Notes under the pieces: model-generated
The model's database searches: none
Told to the model about the DNA's origin: nothing
Seen by the model: the letters and a program-made list of their open reading frames with translations, nothing else
Origin: an uncultured Candidatus Entotheonella sp.
Lineage (GTDB): Bacteria > Tectomicrobia > Entotheonellia > Entotheonellales > Entotheonellaceae
Length of the DNA: 64,000 nucleotides
Assembly (NCBI GenBank): GCA_965217185.1
Contig: OZ244252.1
Coordinates: 2,112,001-2,176,000 of the forward strand
Reading direction: 5' to 3'
In this document: piece by piece, positions 56,466 to 64,000 of the stretch
Numbering within the stretch: position 1 is the first letter of the stretch
Layout: every line of letters starts with the position of its first letter
Made by a program: the position numbers and the translations under genes

Positions 56466-56989
56466 TCACTGTTCGTAATGCGCTCCCAATGCGTAGTACA
56501 CGGTTTCGAGCACCGGCAGCACGAACCAGTCGCCGTGTGGAAACCGCATGATCAGGAAGAAGCCCCAGATGGACACGATGGCGCCGACGTATTGGGGATG
56601 CTTGAGCAGCGAGAACGGGAAGTCGCGGCACCACGGCACCTCGTGGCCGAAGCGGCTGCCGTAATACACGCCTACCTTGCCCAGCCGGTAGAACACGCTG
56701 AAGTTGAGAACCTGTCCCACCAGGATGAGCACGGAGCCCGCCGCCATGGGCCAAGCCGGCCCGATGGTACCGTCCCGAAGTAGCCGCACCAGAGCAGGAA
56801 AACGCCGATCTGAATCACTTTGAAGACATAGAAGAAACGCTGCACGCCGTCAACCGGCGTGCCCAGAAACCGCAGAGCCGGTCGGCGACACAGGGCGCTG
56901 AAGGTCTCGGGATGGCGCCGCACCCAGATGTAGAAGACGCGCTCCAGGCTGAGCAACAGGGCGACGACGAGAAACAGGGCCACGCTCAT
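56466..56989 (-). pseudogene. PEMT-family phospholipid methyltransferase, frameshifted near 56775
   Basis: LLSLER..Y.W.. then GQVLNFSVFYRLG..GVYYG.RFG..PW...FPFS..HPQYVG in a second frame. Confidence 0.8.
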
Positions 56990-59221
56990 CGGTCTCTGTT
57001 CGCCCGTGCCCGCGACGGTACCAGAGCCTTGGCGGCGTTGATGTAGGGGGGTGAGTAAGCCACGATGTCGGTGAACGGGTTGGTAGCCAGCTTGACGAAC
57101 CAGATCATCGACAGCCAAACGTTGTGCTTCCACATCAGATACCCAACGTGCCAGCCGACCGCCAGCACCGTGAGCCCGAACCACTGCTGCGCCACCAGGT
57201 CGATGCGCGGCGCGAAGGCCGCCCAGCTCAACGAACCGGCCTGCAACAGGTGGATGACCGGAATCAGCAGGTAGGCGCCGACGATGACGCTCTTTTTGCG
57301 GGTATTGAAGCCGAGCAAAATTTCTTCCTTGTCGTGGCAGGGTGGCTCCAGCACCGCGTGCCCGAACTGGCGCACGAACAGCGCCGCCAAGCCCAGGCCC
57401 ATGGCCGTTGTGAGGTCGGAGAACATCAGGAAGTAGCAAAAGATGAACACGCTCGAGCTGAGGATGTGAAACAGCTGATTGATAGCGTTGCTGTGCGAGG
57501 CAACATGGTCGTCGTGCTTGCGCCGCATCACCTCGGCATAAAAGTTACTCACGGGTCTGGGAACGCTCACCAGGCTGCCGAGCAGTTCCCAAATCAGACG
57601 TACACGCATACGTTTATCCCTTTCCGGTTGTTCCGATTCGTCCAGCCACCAGGCGTCGTCCTTCATCTGCCGGGCCGCACGGAGGATTTTCGATTGCAGG
57701 TCCGCATAGTCGTCCGGGGTGAAATCCAGGCTGTTCAGGCAGCGGCCCGTACCCACCCAACTCAGGGTGACGCCCTCGGCGCGCAGGTAGTATTGCAGCA
57801 GCCAGTTGTAGCGGCTGGGGGTTTTGAACAGCAGCGTCCAGATGGTGGCGAAATTGACCACCCGCAGCGGCAGGTCCTGCTCCATGAACTTGGCGTTGGT
57901 GTCGGCCACCCAATCCTGGCAGCGCTGCCTTCCTTCCTCGTAAAAATGCGTCGCCTCCGGCTTGACCAGCCAGGTGAGAAACTCGTACATCGCCCCCATC
58001 ACCGCCGGGTGCGCGGAAAACGTGCCGATGACGTAGGCGATGCGCATCGGATGCCGCGGGTCGAAACGCCGCATGAGGTCCTTGCGACCGCACACCACGC
58101 CGATGGGCATGCCGCCGGCCACCGTCTTGCCGTAGGCGACCATGTCCGCCTGCACGCCGAAATACGCCTGCGCGCCGCCGGGGGGCCAGCCGGAAGCCGC
58201 TGTACACCTCGTCGAAGATCAGCGCCACGTTGCATTCCCGGCACACCTCGCGCAGTTGCCGCAGCCAGCGGGCGTAATCGGAGGTAAGGTCCCGGGTTTG
58301 CCGAACGGTACTGGTGAGCAGCACCGCATCGCTGGGCGGCGGGGCGTTGGGGTGAAACGATTGCACCGGGTTGATGAGCACGCCGGCGATTTCCTTGGAG
58401 CGTTTGCGAATCACGTCGAGCGACGCCGGGTGCATGTCCTTCAGGGTGAGGCAGTCGCTGATGGCGCGCTCGCTGCCGAGCCCCGGCTGCACGCCGTCCC
58501 ACCAGCCGTGGTAGGCGCCGGAGAACGCCACAATGAGTCTGCGGCGGGTGTTGAAGCGCCCCAGCCGCACCGCGGCCATGACGGCTTCGGTGCCGCTCAT
58601 GTGGAACGACACCTCGTCGAGCCCGGAAATCGATTTGAGCAACGCGATGTTGTCGGCCACCAGCGGGTGCAGCGGCCCGAGAACCGGTCCGACGTCCTTC
58701 ACCCGTTCCAGGCCCTTCTGCATCCATTCCTTGTAACGCTCGAAGCCGGCCACGCTGACCCCGTAGGAGCCGCCCACGTCGAGGCTCCAATGGCCGTCCA
58801 GGTCACGAAGCTTTGGTCCCTTGGACGCCGTCACCGCCGAGCACAGGTTGAATTTCTCCCGTATCACCCGCATGAACGGAAACGGCACGCGGTTGGCGTC
58901 GGTGAAGCGCAGGTCCGAGAAACTGTCGCGGATGTCATTGCCCCAATCGACGGATTTGGCGTACTTGGTCTGAAAATACATGGCCAGGCGGTCGAGGGCC
59001 TTTTTCCGGCGCTCCGCCCAGTGCGGCGCGGCGCCGTCGGCGCAGAAAAAGGCATCCTCGTCGTGCTCGCGGCGTTTGACCCACAACGACAGGTGGCGCG
59101 ACAGCGCGGGCATCAGGGCAGCGGCGCGGAGGGTGTAAATGGCGTTGAAGAGCCGGCTTCCGCCGCGTATCAGCAGCCACGCCAAGCCGAGCGCGGCGAG
59201 CAAGAGCCAGCCGTCATTCAT
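56986..59221 (-). pseudogene. Class III aminotransferase (GSA-aminomutase-like) fused to a C-terminal membrane domain, +1 frameshift at G6 run 58180-58185
   Basis: SGTEAV, YHGW, FDEVYSGFRLAP | GGAQ..ADMVAYGK..GGMPIG; C-terminal DDHVASHS..NQLFH. Confidence 0.82.
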
Positions 59222-59689
59222 CTGTAGTTGACAGTCCGCGGCGCCCCGGCCGAGACAGCCCAGGCGATAGTGCCGGCTGTAGCTGTGGAAATTGGTGTGA
59301 AAGCCGCTGAACACGGGAATACCGAGGCGCCGCGCGGCGCGCACCGCCGAGAGGCCGAGAGGGCCCTCGGTCGCAACGTACACGGCGTCCGGGCGCTGTC
59401 GTGCCCAGTTTTGGCGCAGCAGCCTGTTGGCCGGCAGGCCGAGGTGCAGTCCGTCATAGCCGGGCAGGGGCACGGAAGGAACCAGGGTCATCGGGAAGTC
59501 TGCGGCGTTGTCGGTGCGTTCGCCACGTTTGTGGCGCGGGCGCACCAGGGACACCGTGTGCCCACGCTTTCGCAGGCCGTTCAGCAGCCGGGCCAGGGTC
59601 AGCGCGACGCCGTTGACTTCGGGCGGGTAGGTTTCAGTCACCACACAGATATGGGGTTTCCCGGCCTCGACAGGGGGTGCGGCGTCCAT
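59222..59689 (-). pseudogene. N-terminal fragment of a GT4 glycosyltransferase, fused in frame to the aminotransferase
   Basis: VVTETYPPEVNGVA, ATEGPLG, FHTNF; the C-terminal GT domain is missing. Confidence 0.8.
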
Positions 59690-59945
59690 CAGTGGTTGCT
59701 CTCGTTGTCGGTTGTGCCGCGCCAGATGGAGCCTGCGGCGCTAATCTTTACGTAGATTGCGTGCTCAGGGTGATCATTGCGTTGCGAACGGATGAAAATT
59801 TCGTGAATGCGGCCGGCAATTGAAGCGCCGTGGACGGGCTTCACCTTGGGCGGCGGGCGCGTTATGATGCAGGGGTTGGGGGCGTCCACAGCCACCGCAA
59901 CAATCAAACCGGACCGGCAAGGCCGAAGATAGAAGGAGCGCCGCA

Positions 59946-60764
59946 ATGCCATGGTTGGAACGAGAGCCGGGCTCTCTGTACTACGAGGTGACGGACCTCA
60001 CGCCCCCTTGGGTCGAAAATCCCGGCACGGTGGTGTTTTGCCACGGGGTGAGCACGACCCACGGCATCTGGAGCAATTGGCTGCCGGTGCTGGCGGATCA
60101 GTATCGCCTGGTGCGTTTCGACACGCGCGGCTTCGGCCGCTCAACGGCACCGGGGGCGGGATTCCCCTGGACCATGGAGTTGTTGGTCGAGGACGTGCTG
60201 GCCGTGGCCCGGGCGGCAGGCGCCGAAACGTTTCACCTCGTTGGCGAATCGCTTGGCGGCACGGTGTCCCTGGCGCTCGCCATCGCGCACGGCGACGCGC
60301 TGGACAGCCTCACGGTCTGCTCGGCGGCACATCGCGGCGGCTCGATTCAGCGCGCCGGCGAGTGGCGCGCCTACATCGAACAGCACGGCATGGAAGCGTG
60401 GTCGCGCATGATGATGGACCTGCGGTTTCACGACAGCGGCGTGCCGGCGCCGGTCGCCGAGTGGTTTCACCGCGAACAAGCCGCCACCTCCGCCGACAGC
60501 ACCCTCGATCTCGCCGACCTGCTGCTGGGCACCGATCTCACGCCGATGCTGCAGCGCATTACCGTGCCCATCCTGATTCTGGCGCCGAACGCCAGCCCAT
60601 TCATCTCGTTGGAAATTTTCCTCGAGATGCACCGTCACATCCCGCACAGCGAACTGCAAGTCTTCGCCGACGCCCGCCATGGCCTGGTCTGCTCCCACGG
60701 TGCCGCTTGTGCCCAAACCCTCAAACAATTTCTCGCCCGGCGGCAATTGCAGGCCACTGGTTGA
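59946..60764 (+). CDS. Alpha/beta hydrolase
   Basis: FCHG, DTRGFGRS, GESLGG, C-terminal H. Confidence 0.9.
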   Translation: MPWLEREPGSLYYEVTDLTPPWVENPGTVVFCHGVSTTHGIWSNWLPVLADQYRLVRFDTRGFGRSTAPGAGFPWTMELLVEDVLAVARAAGAETFHLVGESLGGTVSLALAIAHGDALDSLTVCSAAHRGGSIQRAGEWRAYIEQHGMEAWSRMMMDLRFHDSGVPAPVAEWFHREQAATSADSTLDLADLLLGTDLTPMLQRITVPILILAPNASPFISLEIFLEMHRHIPHSELQVFADARHGLVCSHGAACAQTLKQFLARRQLQATG

Positions 60765-60864
60765 AAGGGCAATCTGGCATTTGACAGGGTTGCAATGACA
60801 ATGGCACGGTATGCCGCGTCTTACAGGTACAGCCCGCCTCGTCCGGTTGAGGAGCGCGTTCCAC

Positions 60865-61800
60865 ATGCCTGACAGAACAGAGAATGCCCAAGGAATTCTG
60901 TCCTTCCCGGCGCCGCTGCTCAGAACGTCACCAACCTTGCCACACGCAACCGCACCCACCGACGACGTCCGCAACGAGCCCATCCTGGCGTGCGAGGACA
61001 ATCTGTCCTTCATGGAACGCCTTGGCGACGGGCACATCAAGCTGATTGTCACCTCGCCCCCGTACAACATCGGCAAGGGTTACGAGGACAAACTATCGCT
61101 CGCCGATTACCTGGACAAACAGGCGCGGGTCATCCAGGAAAGCGTCCGGGTCCTGCATCCTCAGGGGTCGATCTGCTGGCAGGTCGGCAACTACGTCGAT
61201 GACGGCGAGATCGTGCCCTTGGACGCCGTCCTGTACCCGCTTTTCCGTGCCCAGGGTCTCAAGCTGCGCAACCGTATCATGTGGCACTTTGGACACGGCT
61301 TGCATTGCACACGGCGGTTGTCGGGCCGCTACGAGACGATCAATTGGTGGACAAAAGGCGACCGCTACACGTGGAATCTGGACCCCATCCGGGTGCCGTC
61401 CAAATACCCCGGCAAGCGTCATTTCAAGGGACCAAATGTCGGCAAGCTGTCGGGAAACCCAAAGGGCAAGAACCCGGGCGACGTGTGGGAATTCCCGAAC
61501 GTCAAAAGCAACCATCCCGAAAAAACCGTGCACCCCTGCCAATTTCCTGTCGAGCTGGTCGAGCGTCTGGTCCTCTCCATGACGGACGAGGACGATGCGG
61601 TGCTTGATCCCTACATGGGTGTCGGGTCGTCCGTCATCGCCGCGTTCATGCACAACCGGCGGGCGTATGGCTGTGACATCGTGCCGGAGTATGTGGACAT
61701 CGCCCGCCAGCGCGTCGACCAACTGAGGGCCGGCCGGCTCCGCACGCGTCCAATGGGCAAGCCCATCTACGACCCCAACAAGCCCAGTGGGGGGCATTGA
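60865..61800 (+). CDS. Beta-class N4-C/N6-A DNA methyltransferase (M.BglII-like)
   Basis: TSPPYN precedes HPCQFP and VLDPYMGVGS; start uncertain. Confidence 0.9.
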   Translation: MPDRTENAQGILSFPAPLLRTSPTLPHATAPTDDVRNEPILACEDNLSFMERLGDGHIKLIVTSPPYNIGKGYEDKLSLADYLDKQARVIQESVRVLHPQGSICWQVGNYVDDGEIVPLDAVLYPLFRAQGLKLRNRIMWHFGHGLHCTRRLSGRYETINWWTKGDRYTWNLDPIRVPSKYPGKRHFKGPNVGKLSGNPKGKNPGDVWEFPNVKSNHPEKTVHPCQFPVELVERLVLSMTDEDDAVLDPYMGVGSSVIAAFMHNRRAYGCDIVPEYVDIARQRVDQLRAGRLRTRPMGKPIYDPNKPSGGH

Positions 61801-62411
61801 TGCAGATCAAGGCCCGTTATTCCCACCCCAACGGCGAGGAATATCTGCCCGTTCATCGCAAGAAGTTGTGGGAAGAAGTTCAGGACGTCATAGCGAGGGT
61901 GGATGCCTCTGCTTGCCGCACGAAGATTTCCAGGGAAAAAACCATGCGGGGCCGACTGCTGTACTCGCCAAGCGAAATGAACCAAGCGTTTAGAGATGGA
62001 TTTCGGGCGCACCATTGGGAGGAGCGCCGCAACGTATTCTGGGTGACATCGGATGAGAAGTTACTGCGCGGCATCCACAGCCTGCCCGAATCTGAACAGA
62101 AACGGGCCATTGAAGAGGCTGGGCACACGCCGATCAAATCCTATAACCAGACCGACTTCGTAAAGGAACGTGTTGCCGTTGAAGTGCAGTTTGGCAAATA
62201 CGCTTTCGTCGCTCACGACCTATTCGTCAAGCACCTCAGTTTCTATGTGTCGGACGTCATCGACGTAGGGGTGGAAATACTCCCTATGAAGGAATTGGAG
62301 CAGAATATGTCGTCCGGGGTTCCATACTACGAACGGGATTTGCTGAACGTGCTGCGACAGGGGCGCGGGGTTCCGGCGGTGCCGTTGGTGCTTGTCGGCG
62401 TTGCCCCCTGA
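61800..62411 (+). CDS. BglII/BstYI family type II restriction endonuclease
   Basis: TDFVKERVAVEVQFGKY (D..E.Q catalytic pattern); TGATG overlap with the MTase. Confidence 0.85.
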   Translation: MQIKARYSHPNGEEYLPVHRKKLWEEVQDVIARVDASACRTKISREKTMRGRLLYSPSEMNQAFRDGFRAHHWEERRNVFWVTSDEKLLRGIHSLPESEQKRAIEEAGHTPIKSYNQTDFVKERVAVEVQFGKYAFVAHDLFVKHLSFYVSDVIDVGVEILPMKELEQNMSSGVPYYERDLLNVLRQGRGVPAVPLVLVGVAP

Positions 62412-62533
62412 CTTGGTCGAATGGCGGCAACTTCTGTGCAGCAACTGCTTTCAAGCTTTCAAGTGCCGCGATTAGGAACCGCATTTTCGCGGCTGAACGT
62501 TTTCGGCGAAACTTTTGGCTGGAGATGATCCTC

Positions 62534-62731
62534 ATGACTAACAAGGAAACCCTGCGGTACCTGGTAACGGAAATGGCCGGCGCGACGCTGTCGGAAGCGG
62601 AATGGGCGCAGGTGGAGGCTCAATCCGAGGGGTTGCAAGCCGGGCTCAAGGCACTGGATTCACTCGATCTGAGCGCCGCCGAGCCCGCGGTTGAGTTTGA
62701 CTGTTCTGAGGAAGACGGCCATGGCAAATGA
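62534..62731 (+). CDS. Small GatC/AtzG-like amidase partner
   Basis: 65 aa, L..LDL...EPA..F; overlaps the amidase start. Confidence 0.6.
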   Translation: MTNKETLRYLVTEMAGATLSEAEWAQVEAQSEGLQAGLKALDSLDLSAAEPAVEFDCSEEDGHGK

Positions 62732-64000
62732 AGAATTGACCAGCGGGACGATTGCGGATGTGGCGGCGCGTTTGCGCCAGGGCGAGGTGTCGCCGGTGGA
62801 CGTGACTGCCGCGCATCTGGCGCGCATCGAGCGGTTGAACGGGACGCTAAAGGCTTATCTGACGGTGTTGCCGGAGCGCGCCATGGCCGCGGCGCGCCGG
62901 GCCGAGGCGGAGATACAGGGCGGCCAGTACCGGGGACCGCTGCACGGCGTGCCGGTGGCGGTGAAGGACTTGTTTGCCATCAAGGGTGAGCGCATGACCT
63001 GCGGCTCGACCATTCTGGCGGAGCACGCCGCCGAGCAGCAGGCAACCGTGAACCAGCGGCTGGAGGACGCCGGCGCCGTTCTGCTGGGCACGCTGAACAT
63101 GCACGAATTCGCCTGGGGCGGCACCTCGATCAATCCGCACTACGGTACGCCGCGCAACCCGTGGGACGGCGAGCGCATTCCGGGCGGCTCCAGCGGCGGC
63201 TCGGGGGTGGCCACCGGCGCCGGGCTGGCGATGGGCACGCTGGGCTCGGACACCGGCGGCTCGATCCGCATCCCGGCCTCGCTGAGCGGCGTTGTGGGTC
63301 TGAAACCGACCTACGGACGGGTAAGCCGCTACGGCGTTTACCCGTTGTGCTGGTCATTGGATCACCCCGGCCCGTTGACCCGCAGCGTCGCCGATGCCGC
63401 GATCATGCTGCAGGCCATCGCCGGACACGATCCCAATGACCTCACCACCAGCCGCTTGCCCGTGCCGGACTGCACGCGGCAACTCACCGGGGAGGTGCGC
63501 GGCCTGCGCGTCGGCGTGCCCCGCGCGTTGTTCTTTGACCACATCGACCCGCAGGTAGCCGCGGCGGTGGAGGCCGCGGTGGCCGAATTGAGCAGCCTCG
63601 GCGTCGATTGCGTCGACGTGGACCTGCCGCTCATGCGCCACGTGCCAACCGCCTCGCTGACGCTGATGGTCGTGGAAGCCTACGCCGTGCACGAAACCCT
63701 GCTGCGCAACCACTCGCAGGCATACGGCTCCGACGTACGCGTCCGCCTGGCGCTCGGCGCCACGGTCACCGGCGCGCAATACCTCAAGGCGCAGCGTTTC
63801 CGCTCGCTCCTGATCCGGGAAGTCTCGCAAGCCTTGCAGTCGGTCGACGCCCTCGTCACCCCCACGACCCTGATGACCGCCGCCCGCGTCGATGAGCCGG
63901 TCGTGCGCATCGCCGGAGAAGACGTTGTGGTCGCCGCCAACCTCGCGCGCTTCACCCGCGCGTTCAACATGACCGGCTCGCCGGCCCTGTCGCTACCCTG
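62721..64000 (+). CDS. Amidase signature family protein (partial, runs off the window)
   Basis: GPLHGVPVAVKD, GGSSGGS, GSDTGGSIRIPA, VGLKPTYGRV. Confidence 0.93.
   Translation, partial: MANEELTSGTIADVAARLRQGEVSPVDVTAAHLARIERLNGTLKAYLTVLPERAMAAARRAEAEIQGGQYRGPLHGVPVAVKDLFAIKGERMTCGSTILAEHAAEQQATVNQRLEDAGAVLLGTLNMHEFAWGGTSINPHYGTPRNPWDGERIPGGSSGGSGVATGAGLAMGTLGSDTGGSIRIPASLSGVVGLKPTYGRVSRYGVYPLCWSLDHPGPLTRSVADAAIMLQAIAGHDPNDLTTSRLPVPDCTRQLTGEVRGLRVGVPRALFFDHIDPQVAAAVEAAVAELSSLGVDCVDVDLPLMRHVPTASLTLMVVEAYAVHETLLRNHSQAYGSDVRVRLALGATVTGAQYLKAQRFRSLLIREVSQALQSVDALVTPTTLMTAARVDEPVVRIAGEDVVVAANLARFTRAFNMTGSPALSLP

Noticed and set aside
57614..59689. Genuine glycosyltransferase-aminotransferase fusion enzyme
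   Set aside because: The GT lacks its C-terminal domain and the aminotransferase has its own Met/TM start, so a deletion product is more likely

Overview
GC-rich bacterial window with ordinary metabolic and envelope genes interleaved with defence and accessory modules. (1) 1-5.7 kb: two homologous ~75-nt structured non-coding elements, each with its own promoter-like -10 box and U-tail, then a Fic gene, a Phd/VapC pair and hsdR plus an M48 peptidase. (2) 6-19 kb: housekeeping genes, a CzcCBA-like RND efflux operon, and a rhodanese whose catalytic codon is an in-frame TGA followed by a SECIS-like hairpin (probable selenoprotein). (3) 19-37.7 kb: a defence island with an HTH-SNF2-DUF3883-like helicase/nuclease, a DUF1156-type adenine methylase (broken by an IS481-like element, repeat inserts and frameshifts) and a DUF499-type ATPase. 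Nested cargo: an aspartic-protease pair flanked by a duplicated helicase 3' end, a HEPN-motif protein, two ABC-ATPase+TOPRIM-like pairs, and a DUF433 antitoxin with a toxin stub. (4) 38-44 kb: TonB receptor-ExbBD-TonB with a DxDxDG-repeat protein and an ABM/IsdG-like monooxygenase. (5) 44-53.5 kb: two aldolases, an IS with IRs and TSD, and a COG3014/YcfL-LpoB-unknown-CsgG-like lipoprotein cluster. (6) 53.5-64 kb: a heme-oxygenase-like diiron enzyme coupled to a Cys-motif ferrochelatase, a decaying lipid-modification operon, a BglII-like type II R-M system and a partial amidase. Family calls rest on motif recognition by eye, not database searches. No tRNA, rRNA or CRISPR array was seen.
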